Positions 27,677 to 36,911 are shown, counted from the first letter of the stretch. The stretch is DNA of 64,000 bases from Henriciella sp. (GCA_021776655.1 JAJFFK010000037.1:64815-128814); one strand, 5' to 3'. The notes: generated by a model from the letters alone, not told the origin. Numbers and translations are program-made.

Positions 27677-29347
27677 ATGGCCTCGCAACCTCTCGTACTT
27701 ACAGACCCAAATCTACTCGCGGAGTTCGTTCGCGAAAGTGAATTCAAGGCCTTTTTTGAAAAGCGGTTTGCAACCCCGCCAGATCTCGCAGCTTTGCTTT
27801 TTCGCAATGGTGAATTGATCGATACATTCAAAGGCGCGCATTTCTCGGTCGGTGGCTTAGCCACGGCGATAAAAAGCGTCGTTGGAGGATCAACCCATAT
27901 CGCGCTGATGCTGGCGGACCTGAAACCATTTCAAGTTGAAATCCCTGTTTCAGCCCTATCCAAAGACAGTATTGAAATTACCGGGGTGGCAACCATGGAA
28001 TTGCAGCTCAACCCGGACAAACCATCAAACATTCTCGGCCTAATGGGCGGTGTTTCAAGGCATGAGGCAGACGGCAAATCAGCTCGTCAACCTGACCTTG
28101 GTCGCAAGGCGCTGTCACGCATTGATGTTATCAACCGTATTGCGCCGCATTTCGCAGACCGGGTCATGGAAGCTGTGATCCGCAAAATGGATGCAAAAGA
28201 CATCCGTGGTGAGACCGGCCTACAGGACAAGATCCAAGCTGACATGATGAAGGAGGCGGAACGCGTCTGTGGCGATCTTGGAGTTTTGGTGCGATCCACT
28301 TCAGTCAAATGGGCGATGAATGCAGTCGAGCACGAGGCGTTTGAACGCGCCCAAATTGCCCGCCAACAGGACGCGCTCGACTATCAATTGGAACTCTTGA
28401 AGCGCCAGGTTGAACGCCAGTCCGAGGCGACCGAAGTGAAGATCACGTCGAGTGTAGATCTCGCCAAACTCGAGACGGCAAGCGAAGATGAGCTGGCGCA
28501 TATGGTGCTCGAAAGCGAAGTCAACTTCATTGATGCCCGCGAAGCCGCCACCCGGCGGCAAGAGATGCAGGCACTGGCCCATGAAATCGAAGTGTTGCGA
28601 ACAGAACGTGCCACCAAGATGGAAAACCAACTTGCTGAGGCGTCGCATCTCTCTGATTTGACCAAGGAAGCGGGGCGTCTGCGGACGTTCGAACGGGATA
28701 TCGAGCGGCTTGATTCACTGCATCTGGCCGAGATGAAAAAAGTCGATGCTATAACTGATATCGAACTGCGCGAGCGATCAGAGCGTATGGAGCTGGAAAT
28801 TGCTCGGATCGCTGCGGCACAGTCTGCCAGCAATCTCAAAAGCCTGATGGAGATGGAGCAGGGGCAGAAAGACAGCGATGCCGACCGCGACATCAAGAAA
28901 GCAAGCGCCGGCACTGCCAACAAGGTCGCAGAATCGAAGGCAGATGCCGAAAGCCGCGTCGCTCAGCTGCAAGCTGGTGCCAAAATGACGCCAGAGCAGA
29001 TATTGGCGATTAATGCCGGGCTCTCACCCGATGTTGCTGATGTGCTGAAAGAGCAGGCGCGCTCATCTGGTGCTGCCGGTGAAGGTGCGATGGACTCAAT
29101 GCGTGAGCTTATCAAAGGCGCGGCTGAAGAACGCGAAGCCAGTCGGGCACATGAGCTTAACATCCTTAAAGCCGGAATGGCCGGTGCGTCAGGTGTTGCG
29201 CATGGGGCAGGAGGCAAGACCGGCGATAAGGATTTGTCGGGCAATCTCGACGAGACGCCAACCAAGGTCGAATGTCCCGAATGCGGCCGTGTTTTGAAAG
29301 CCAAAGCCAATTTCTGTACCGGTTGCGGCCACAAGATGCGGACCTGA
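27677..29347 (+). CDS. SPFH/flotillin-like protein with long coiled coil and C-terminal zinc ribbon
   Basis: The N-terminal about 230 aa have the SPFH pattern (LLFRNGELIDTFKGAHFSVGG; FQVEIPVSALSKDSIEITGVATMELQL; ..CGDLGVLVRSTSV). An about 250-aa heptad-rich Glu/Arg/Ala region follows. C-terminus VECPECGRVLKAKANFCTGCGHKM. RBS AGGAGGG. Confidence 0.65.
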   Translation: MASQPLVLTDPNLLAEFVRESEFKAFFEKRFATPPDLAALLFRNGELIDTFKGAHFSVGGLATAIKSVVGGSTHIALMLADLKPFQVEIPVSALSKDSIEITGVATMELQLNPDKPSNILGLMGGVSRHEADGKSARQPDLGRKALSRIDVINRIAPHFADRVMEAVIRKMDAKDIRGETGLQDKIQADMMKEAERVCGDLGVLVRSTSVKWAMNAVEHEAFERAQIARQQDALDYQLELLKRQVERQSEATEVKITSSVDLAKLETASEDELAHMVLESEVNFIDAREAATRRQEMQALAHEIEVLRTERATKMENQLAEASHLSDLTKEAGRLRTFERDIERLDSLHLAEMKKVDAITDIELRERSERMELEIARIAAAQSASNLKSLMEMEQGQKDSDADRDIKKASAGTANKVAESKADAESRVAQLQAGAKMTPEQILAINAGLSPDVADVLKEQARSSGAAGEGAMDSMRELIKGAAEEREASRAHELNILKAGMAGASGVAHGAGGKTGDKDLSGNLDETPTKVECPECGRVLKAKANFCTGCGHKMRT

Positions 29348-29349
29348 TT

Positions 29350-30510
29350 ATGAACGCGTCTGCGTCATCCGTTCCTTTGCCCCCCAGGACACAGGCTGCC
29401 TGCTGTTACACATCGGCTATGGATGGCGAAGCGACCTATTGTGGGGTCTGTGGCAAACCTCTGCTTAGATGTATGGCGATCGAGGAGTGCGGCGGTTTGC
29501 TGGATGACCAAGGACTGTGCACAGTTTGCGTTGCGCCTTATCTTCAGATCAGTGCAGGAGCGACGATAGACGCAAAAGTCGGCAGCGCGATCGCGTTACC
29601 AGTTTCAATCACCAATGCCTCGGCGATTGGTCGCCCGCTTTTTGTCACTGAGGTTTTGAGCCGCGAAACTGCCGGTGACTGGTGTGAAGTTGAATTGGGT
29701 TGGGAGCGCCTGGATGCTGGCCAGACGCGCCCGGTGGTTATTACCGCAAGCAAGTTGGAACATTCCGGTGCTCACAATCTCGAGATTCTGGTGGTCGTCT
29801 CAAGCCGTTGGCGCTGGCGCAAGGAACGCTACGCTTTTTCCGCAGCTTTACGGCTACAGGTTGAGGACAGTCAATCCAAGACGGGCCCGGTGATCACTAT
29901 CGGGGGCGAGAGCGCGGGACATGGCAACACCGTTTACATCGCTGGACAAAATGATGCTCAGGACAAACCCTCCAGGACAACAGAGGCGATTGGTTTGGAT
30001 TTGGGGCGAGCTGAAAAAGAGGAACGCAAACTTGGGCTGCGGGGATTGAGCCCTGATCTATGGATTCCGAAAAATGCCAAGCTAAACTGGCGAGGGTTTT
30101 CAAACCGCGATGTCGCTCTTGATGCTCCAATTTTGACAATCGATGGAATACTGGCGGTGGGACGCACGCGGAGTCGACGCAGAGGCGGGTTAGGGGATGT
30201 CCGTTTGCTGGTTGAAGATGGTGAAGGTGGCATTGATGAGGATTTGAGCCGGCGCATATCTCGCCGTCATTTTGAATTATACATCGAATGTAACCGTCTG
30301 ATTTTGCGCGTGACCGGCACCGGTGGGGTTCGGATAAATGGTGAAGCATTTGGGCCAGGCAAAGAGATCGCTCTTGCCCATGATGATTACATCGAACCGC
30401 TGGTTGCGTCTCCGGATGCTCTGGCGCTCCACGTTGGATATCTGATCGAGCATGGCGCAATAACCGAAGCGACGATTACCCGAAAACCTAGCAGTCATAT
30501 AGGAGATTGA
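29350..30510 (+). CDS. Zinc-ribbon / FHA-domain protein
   Basis: N-terminal double Cys cluster (CCYTSAMDGEATYCGVCG..CMAIEECGGLLDDQGLCTVC). C-terminal FHA signature (ILAVGRTRS...ISRRHFELYIECNRLILRVTGTGGVRINGE). ATG lies 2 nt after the upstream stop. Confidence 0.75.
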   Translation: MNASASSVPLPPRTQAACCYTSAMDGEATYCGVCGKPLLRCMAIEECGGLLDDQGLCTVCVAPYLQISAGATIDAKVGSAIALPVSITNASAIGRPLFVTEVLSRETAGDWCEVELGWERLDAGQTRPVVITASKLEHSGAHNLEILVVVSSRWRWRKERYAFSAALRLQVEDSQSKTGPVITIGGESAGHGNTVYIAGQNDAQDKPSRTTEAIGLDLGRAEKEERKLGLRGLSPDLWIPKNAKLNWRGFSNRDVALDAPILTIDGILAVGRTRSRRRGGLGDVRLLVEDGEGGIDEDLSRRISRRHFELYIECNRLILRVTGTGGVRINGEAFGPGKEIALAHDDYIEPLVASPDALALHVGYLIEHGAITEATITRKPSSHIGD

Positions 30511-30514
30511 CCCG

Positions 30515-32026
30515 ATGGCGCATTGCCCAAAATGCAAGACTGCAATTGGCGCTGAGGCACATTTCTGCCCTGATTGTGGAGAGGCGTTAAAAGCGACCGA
30601 TGAGGTGAATATTGAACCCGGTGCGATGCTAACCGTTGGCGGCCTGGAAACCTTGAGCGACACCCAAACGAGCAGTGGGAGAGGCAACGCTACGCCGACC
30701 TTGGAAGCGGGTGAGGTGTTTGCGGATAGATACTTGATTGACGGGATCATTGGCCGTGGCGGAATGGGGGTCGTTTATCGGGCCAAGGACAAGCTTAGCG
30801 ATAAAACGGTTGCGCTAAAACTTATCCGCCCCGAACGCCTTGCTGGTGAGGCAGCGGTTAAGCGGCTGATTGCTGAAGGCATAACTGCGCGTGATATCCG
30901 GCATCCTAACATTGTTGCGGTATACGATGTCGGAGAAGCCAAGGGGCAGCCTTTTGTCTCGATGGAATATTTGGATGGTAAATCATTGCGGGCTTGGCAC
31001 CGTGAGCAAATACAGAAGAGAGAAGACATACCGCTACGGGTTGCCGCGCGAATTATGCTGAATATTCTTGATGGTTTGAAAGCGGCGCATGATGCGGGCG
31101 TCATCCACCGCGATCTCAAGCCTGAAAATATTGTTCTAGTCGGTGATCCGACAGAAAATGACGCGCCCCTGAAAATCCTCGATTTTGGCATTGCCAGAGC
31201 CACAGGTGGGGCAATGGATAGTGGCACTGGAACCGGGCTGGGCACACCGCGTTATATGGCCCCAGAACAGATAACCAACGCGGACAGTGTTGGCCCACCA
31301 GCGGATATCTACTCGGCTTCAGTCCTATTCTACGAATTGCTTGTGGACGTCCTTCCTCAGGGCCATTGGCAACCGCCATCAGGCGGGCGATCCGATGTTC
31401 CATCCGGCATCGACCAATTGATCGAGAAGGGCCTGTCCAATCGGCCAGCCAATCGTCCGCAAACAGCCAAGCTATTTCGCAAATCACTGATCGACGCCGT
31501 GAATATCATTACCCATGATAACAAGCGCGACTTACCAATCCGTCAAATCCTTCTCTGGGGCGGAGCGGGAACTGGGGTGTTACTGTTCTTTCTGGTTATC
31601 GCAGCGGTGATGTCGGGAAGTGGTGGTGGAGCAACCAGCTTAGCGGGTCCATGCGATGAACTGTCCGGTGCAGCGTATGATCGTTGTATGGGAACATCTT
31701 CGCGTGCGGGAACACCTCCGCCGTCGCGCATCAATTACAGTCAATTGTCGGGAACATGGTACAGTTCAACCGGTAGCCTCATGCAAGTTGATGTCGACAA
31801 TGGTGGGGATGCATTTGGGCATGGTGCTGCGACAACTGGTGAGCCGGTTGATTTCCTCGCCGAGTTCAATGGATCGTCCGGTCAATATCAAATGATCGGC
31901 CAAGTGACCGGGATGGATCAGTCAGGTCGCCTGACGATCGTGGATACAAATCATATCCGCTATTCCGGCCCGGGCGGGCAGCAAGCTTGTTTCCACATCA
32001 ATCATAACGACCGCAAGATGTGCTGA
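30515..32026 (+). CDS. Ser/Thr protein kinase with N-terminal zinc ribbon, one TM helix and a Cys-containing extracytoplasmic C-terminal domain
   Basis: MAHCPKCKTAIGAEAHFCPDCG. Hanks motifs GRGGMGVVY, VALKLI, HRDLKPENIVL, DFGIAR, TPRYMAPE. TM helix ILLWGGAGTGVLLFFLVIAAVM. RBS AGGAGA. Confidence 0.9.
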   Translation: MAHCPKCKTAIGAEAHFCPDCGEALKATDEVNIEPGAMLTVGGLETLSDTQTSSGRGNATPTLEAGEVFADRYLIDGIIGRGGMGVVYRAKDKLSDKTVALKLIRPERLAGEAAVKRLIAEGITARDIRHPNIVAVYDVGEAKGQPFVSMEYLDGKSLRAWHREQIQKREDIPLRVAARIMLNILDGLKAAHDAGVIHRDLKPENIVLVGDPTENDAPLKILDFGIARATGGAMDSGTGTGLGTPRYMAPEQITNADSVGPPADIYSASVLFYELLVDVLPQGHWQPPSGGRSDVPSGIDQLIEKGLSNRPANRPQTAKLFRKSLIDAVNIITHDNKRDLPIRQILLWGGAGTGVLLFFLVIAAVMSGSGGGATSLAGPCDELSGAAYDRCMGTSSRAGTPPPSRINYSQLSGTWYSSTGSLMQVDVDNGGDAFGHGAATTGEPVDFLAEFNGSSGQYQMIGQVTGMDQSGRLTIVDTNHIRYSGPGGQQACFHINHNDRKMC

Positions 32027-32063
32027 CGATGACGCACAGCAATCAAACTGGGATGTTCCCGTC

Positions 32064-33164
32064 ATGAGCAAAGACAAACATGGATGGATTGTAGAAAAGT
32101 GCCACCTCTGTGGCATGCCAGCTTCGGCAGGATCGACTTGCCCGCATTGTGGGGCCGTCAACCTGATGCCCAAGCCAGACAATCCCTCACCAAATACTAA
32201 CCAACAAGGAGGACAGAGCATGTCCAGTAACTGGAATGAGTACAGTTTGAACGGGTGTTTGTTTGAAGCGGTACCTAAGCCCGCGCCGGTCCTGTCTGCG
32301 CCGTCAATCACGCTGCCTGAGAGGATCGATCTGCGGATGCATTGTCCGCCAGTTGAGGATCAATTGAAAACCAATTCTTGCGTCGCGAACGCCGTCATCG
32401 GCGCGCTGGAACTGCACCAGAAAAAAGCTGGCTTGGCTTTCACAGATCTCTCAAGACTGTTTGTCTATTACAATGCCAGATCTCTATCTGACACCGAGGG
32501 ACAAGATACTGGCAGTTACATCCATCATGGCATGGCCGCGATCCTTGCCTTTGGCGCCTGTGAAGCCAGGCTGTGGCCGTTTGAGGCCGCGATGGTCAAA
32601 ACCAAGCCGACAGCCAGCTGTTACCAGAATGCGACGCGTTACGAGGCTGTGCAATATGCTCGTACTCCGCGCGGCGTACCGGCCCTGACGGCATTGTCGC
32701 AGGGGCTTCCCGTTGTGTTTGGCATTTTTGCTCCAGGCGATTATTATGCGATTGCTGCCCAAACAGGCATGATGCCGAAACCTGATCAGATTATTCCAAC
32801 TCAACCGCCGTCCGGGCATGCCATGCTGATTGTCGGGTATGACTTGGCAGATAAAACATACCTGGTCCGTAATAGCTGGAGTGCGAACTGGGCCGATCAG
32901 GGATATTTTCGTATTCCTTTTGAAACCATGGATGCCTGGGCCAAGCCGGAAGACTTCTGGACGATTGGTGCGATCGAACAAGCTTCAGGGTTCCAGCTCA
33001 CCGGACCCAGTTTAGCCGATTCCATGGTGGGTGTTGGTATTTCGACAGAGATACTGGAAGCGCAAGGCAACAAGCTTGATCAGCTACGCTCTGATCTGAA
33101 ATCTCGCCTCTCTGGGGATATTGAATCTGCCAAGCGCGATTTCCGTAAAAGGATACGTGACTGA
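32064..33164 (+). CDS. Papain-family (C1-like) cysteine peptidase with N-terminal zinc ribbon, no signal peptide
   Basis: KCHLCGMPASAGSTCPHCG. Catalytic-type blocks QLKTNSCVANAV (Cys), SGHAMLIVGYD (His) and YLVRNSWSANWADQGYFRIP (Asn-Ser-Trp). Coiled C-terminal tail. Confidence 0.8.
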   Translation: MSKDKHGWIVEKCHLCGMPASAGSTCPHCGAVNLMPKPDNPSPNTNQQGGQSMSSNWNEYSLNGCLFEAVPKPAPVLSAPSITLPERIDLRMHCPPVEDQLKTNSCVANAVIGALELHQKKAGLAFTDLSRLFVYYNARSLSDTEGQDTGSYIHHGMAAILAFGACEARLWPFEAAMVKTKPTASCYQNATRYEAVQYARTPRGVPALTALSQGLPVVFGIFAPGDYYAIAAQTGMMPKPDQIIPTQPPSGHAMLIVGYDLADKTYLVRNSWSANWADQGYFRIPFETMDAWAKPEDFWTIGAIEQASGFQLTGPSLADSMVGVGISTEILEAQGNKLDQLRSDLKSRLSGDIESAKRDFRKRIRD

Positions 33165-33191
33165 CATAAAGTAAGGGTGGGGAGCGTCTTG

Positions 33192-34292
33192 ATGACCGGG
33201 ACAATTCGATCAAATCTGACTTTCGCAGCCGTCTGGCTGTTAGTCTTTGTTGCGGCTTGTACAACCCAATATGGCATCCGCAATGTCGCGCCTGCGGGCT
33301 ACGGATATAACAATGCGATTGCCCAATCGAATGATCAGCAATTGCTGCTCAATCTGGTGCGATTACGTTATCGGGACAGTGTCGTGTTCATGGATATCCG
33401 TGGGGTAACGACGCAACACCAATTTACATTCGGCTTGTCGGCAGAAACCCTTCTGCCATTTGAGCGTTTGGGGGACGGGTCGGTGCTTGCCCTTCCCAAC
33501 ATTCAGCAAAGTGAGACCCCGACGATTAGCTATGTTCCGTTGCAAGGAATTGAGTTTTCCAAAAGCCTGCTCGCGCCAATTTCGTCGGACACGATCGTTC
33601 TCCTTGCCAGTTCAGGGTGGAGCATTGAGAGGCTGCTCACCTGTTGCGTCGAAAGACTAGGCGTATTGTCCAATGCACCTAGTGCATCAGGGCCAACCCC
33701 GCAAAGACTGCCTGATAATAGCGAATTCAGAGCCGCCGCTAACATTCTACGGCAACTCCAGAGAGATGAGAGGGTATTTGTTGAGCATGAACCCTCTGAA
33801 GATGGATCACGTTCAGATACTTTTCTGGTCATTGATGCTGAAACGAGCGCTTCATGCGAGCGCCTGCGTGAACTGCTTTCAGCGCCAAGTTGCACAATGC
33901 GGTTTCGCTTGATGCAGCGACGTAGCCAAATGAAAGAAGGTCAGCTCGTCGCCCAGACCCGGTCCGTATTGGGCGCGTTATATGCCTTGTCGCATGCCGT
34001 TTCGGTTCCACCGGAGCATGAGGCGGCGGGCCTGGTTACGACCAGTGTTATCGAGTCAGAATACACAACCAGCTGGCGCGCGTTTCTCGGTGAGCAATTC
34101 AGAGTCCAGGTCTCCGGCTCCGAACCGTCAGATGCATATGTAAAGATTGCATATCGCGACCACTGGTTTTGGATTGATGACAGTGACCTTGAAGCAAAAA
34201 CGACTTTTAACTTGATGGCATTCCTTCTGACTCTGCAATCGGCTGCAGGCAACGGTATGTCGCCTCTGCTGACCCTTGGCGCCGGTGGATGA
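33192..34292 (+). CDS. Probable lipoprotein, unknown function
   Basis: MTGTIRSNLTFAAVWLLVFVAAC (lipobox VAAC). GGGGAG lies 7 nt upstream of ATG 33192. I recognise no family. Confidence 0.6.
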   Translation: MTGTIRSNLTFAAVWLLVFVAACTTQYGIRNVAPAGYGYNNAIAQSNDQQLLLNLVRLRYRDSVVFMDIRGVTTQHQFTFGLSAETLLPFERLGDGSVLALPNIQQSETPTISYVPLQGIEFSKSLLAPISSDTIVLLASSGWSIERLLTCCVERLGVLSNAPSASGPTPQRLPDNSEFRAAANILRQLQRDERVFVEHEPSEDGSRSDTFLVIDAETSASCERLRELLSAPSCTMRFRLMQRRSQMKEGQLVAQTRSVLGALYALSHAVSVPPEHEAAGLVTTSVIESEYTTSWRAFLGEQFRVQVSGSEPSDAYVKIAYRDHWFWIDDSDLEAKTTFNLMAFLLTLQSAAGNGMSPLLTLGAGG

Positions 34293-34555
34293 TCTGGCTT
34301 TTTTTCGGATGAATGTGTCGCCAATATGGGGTGATCGAATAGGTTTGAGCAAAGAGGAAAACCCGTCCTGCCATATCTCCAATTTCTCATCCGAACCGAC
34401 GTTCCGGTCCTGCCTTACCTGTTCAAGGCGTTTTTGGTTACGGTGGTAGGTGAGATCATCGTCATCCTTTTTCAGAGATAGTCTCCGCGACGATAGCCTT
34501 TGACAAGTGGGGAGGATTATCTCAGCTTCACGTGACGCTTTTGAAGGACGAGTGC

Positions 34556-35896
34556 ATGGCGGGGAAGAAATTGGGCGGATTACGCCTTGCCGCCTATGCC
34601 GCGCCGGGCATGCCAGAGGCGATGATCCTGTATTGCGCCGCGACGGTGATACCCGGTTTCTTTACCACTGAGGTTGGCTTGTCGACGGCTTTTGTCGGCA
34701 TGATCTATCTGGTCTCGCGCCTGTTTGATGCCGCCACTGATCTTGGCATTGGTTATTTGTCCGATCGGACCAAATCACCGATTGGACGGCGCAAGCCGTG
34801 GTTGATTGCGGGTACGATCCTGAGTGTGGTGGCCGTGTTTTATTTGTACCACCCGGCTGAGACCAATCCCGGTACACGTTATGCGATCGCGACCTTCGCG
34901 CTCTATCTAGGCTGGACCATGGCGATTGTTCCCTATGACGCGTGGGGCGCCGAGCTTGGGAGTGACTATGCCACGCGCAACCGCATTTTCACCTTCCGCG
35001 CCGTCGCATATTTCGGCGGCAGTCTGTTGTTCTTGGTGACGCCGCTCTTGCCCGGTTTCAGCGGTGAGTTCGACCACGAAATCCTGCATTACAGCACCTT
35101 TCTGGTTGCTGGCAGCTTCATCCTGGCAACCTTCATCGCCGTGGTGTTCGTACCGCAAGAGGATGACAGTCTGCGCACCGCGACACCGACCCTGAAAGGT
35201 ATGCTGAACACGCTGATCTCCAATCGTCCGCTGCAATATTATGTCGGGCTGTTTCTGCTCGGCGGGGTCAGTCTCGGCATCTCGCTGGCACTGGTCTATA
35301 TCTATGTGAACACGTATCTTCGGCTCGAAGACAAGTTTGTCAGCATTCTGGTTATATATGTCGCCGCCAATTTGGTCGCCGTGCCGTTCTGGTATTGGGT
35401 CATGCGCAAGGTCGAAAAACACAAGGCCTGGGCGGCGGGATGGTTCATTCAGGGCATGGCTTATCCACCGCTGATTTTCCTGACCCCGGATAATCCCAAT
35501 GCTTTTGTGATCCTCGCCTCGGTCGTGTTCTTCGCCGGGCTTACCTATGCAGTTACCGATATTGTGATGAAGTCCCTGCTCAGCGATGTGATCGACCATG
35601 ATCTGCTAAAGTCAGGTGAGAACCATTCAGCTAGCATTTTCGCGATCAGTAATTTGATGCGTAAATTCAATGTCGCGATTGGTGGCGGTTTTGCCTTCAT
35701 GATGCTCAGCTGGTTCAATTACGACCCAAAGGAAGAGGTCAACTCTCCCGAAGCGATCCTGTACGGCCTCAAGTTCACCTATCTCATCTTGCCGGCTTTC
35801 TTCAGTTCAGCCGGAGCATTGATGCTGTGGTATTTTCCGATCAACCGGCGACGTCACGATATCATCCTGAAGCGGCTCGCCAGCCGCGCTACATAA
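34556..35896 (+). CDS. MFS transporter, GPH (glycoside-pentoside-hexuronide) symporter family
   Basis: About 12 TM helices. Signature DAATDLGIGYLSDRTKSPIGRRKPWLI. Confidence 0.8.
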   Translation: MAGKKLGGLRLAAYAAPGMPEAMILYCAATVIPGFFTTEVGLSTAFVGMIYLVSRLFDAATDLGIGYLSDRTKSPIGRRKPWLIAGTILSVVAVFYLYHPAETNPGTRYAIATFALYLGWTMAIVPYDAWGAELGSDYATRNRIFTFRAVAYFGGSLLFLVTPLLPGFSGEFDHEILHYSTFLVAGSFILATFIAVVFVPQEDDSLRTATPTLKGMLNTLISNRPLQYYVGLFLLGGVSLGISLALVYIYVNTYLRLEDKFVSILVIYVAANLVAVPFWYWVMRKVEKHKAWAAGWFIQGMAYPPLIFLTPDNPNAFVILASVVFFAGLTYAVTDIVMKSLLSDVIDHDLLKSGENHSASIFAISNLMRKFNVAIGGGFAFMMLSWFNYDPKEEVNSPEAILYGLKFTYLILPAFFSSAGALMLWYFPINRRRHDIILKRLASRAT

Positions 35897-35908
35897 GGTT
35901 CAGCCAAT

Positions 35909-36586
35909 ATGAAACTCTACCAGACCTATCTTTCTCCCTTCCCGACACGTGTTCGGTTGATGATCTATCTGAAAGAACTTGAGGTGGACATCGTAGAACC
36001 GCCCGGAATTCACGACAATACTGAAAGCAAAGGCGATTATATGGAGGTCAATCCAATTGGCCGAGTGCCATGTCTGGTTCTGGATGATGGCCGGGCGCTG
36101 GCCGAGTCAGAAGTGATTTGCGAATATCTTGAAGACGTATTTCCGGAGATTCCAACCTTGCCGACCGACCCATGGGAGCGGGCGCGGGTGCGGGTGCTAT
36201 CGCGGATCAGCGACATTTATATCGTGATGGCGATGCTGCCATTGTTCAACAATGTCGCTTTGCCGAGACGTGATCGCGATCAGAAAGGGATCGAAAAGGC
36301 TGGTCGCGAAGTCCAGAAAGCGCTGGGTTATCTCGAAGATTATCTGGTCGAAGGCGACACTTGTGCGGTAGGTGACAGCCTGACCCAGGCCGATGGCGCG
36401 CTGATCCCGATCATCATGTTGGCCAGCCTGTGGGGCCCGAACCAGTTCGGGTTTGATAATCCACTGCTCAGCCTGCCAAAGGTCGCGGCCTATTGGGCCT
36501 CGGTACAAAAGCAGCCCATTGCTCAGCGTCTGATCAAGGAGACGATGGACGCGCTGACCGCAGCGCAATCGGCGCGCGACACTTGA
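35909..36586 (+). CDS. Glutathione S-transferase family protein
   Basis: N-terminal thioredoxin-like GST fold (SPFPTRVR..; GRVPCLVLDDGRALAESEVICEYLED) and a helical C-terminal domain. Confidence 0.8.
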   Translation: MKLYQTYLSPFPTRVRLMIYLKELEVDIVEPPGIHDNTESKGDYMEVNPIGRVPCLVLDDGRALAESEVICEYLEDVFPEIPTLPTDPWERARVRVLSRISDIYIVMAMLPLFNNVALPRRDRDQKGIEKAGREVQKALGYLEDYLVEGDTCAVGDSLTQADGALIPIIMLASLWGPNQFGFDNPLLSLPKVAAYWASVQKQPIAQRLIKETMDALTAAQSARDT

Positions 36587-36911
36587 GCTATCGCCTCATC
36601 AAGCTGAACGACTGTCCTGTCGGGCCACCATAGCCTTGAGAGGCAAGAAAAAGCGCGAGAGGGGCAATGTCTTCTGGTTCTTTCCAGCCGACTCCTGAGG
36701 CGTTTGGGTTCATGTCGGTTTCCCCGCTAAGCACGCTCAATTGTAATCAACGATCGCACCGGTGCAACTGGAACGGAAACATGGAATTTAACCAAGCGAC
36801 CAATCATGGAAATTCGGATATCGCCTTGTTCAAAGGCGTGACTGCGGTGAAGAAGTGCGGCGTGAAACAACGTAAATTAGCCAAGTCTAAACTCAGGCGA
36901 AACACCGGAAA

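Noticed and set aside
28384-28923. 179-aa antisense ORF (with neighbours 28301..28648, 28963..29334) inside the coiled-coil gene
   Set aside because: The translation is low-complexity and Ser/Arg/Ala-rich, typical of the reverse frame of Glu/Ala/Arg-rich coiled-coil coding DNA. It has no RBS and is fully embedded in a well-supported sense gene.
22748-32026. Possible type VI secretion threonine-phosphorylation module (PpkA/PppA/Fha-like: kinase + phosphatase + FHA)
   Set aside because: No T6SS structural genes (TssB/C, Hcp, VgrG, TssM etc.) occur anywhere in the window. The phosphatase is PPP-type, not PP2C. The FHA protein has a different architecture (N-terminal zinc ribbons).
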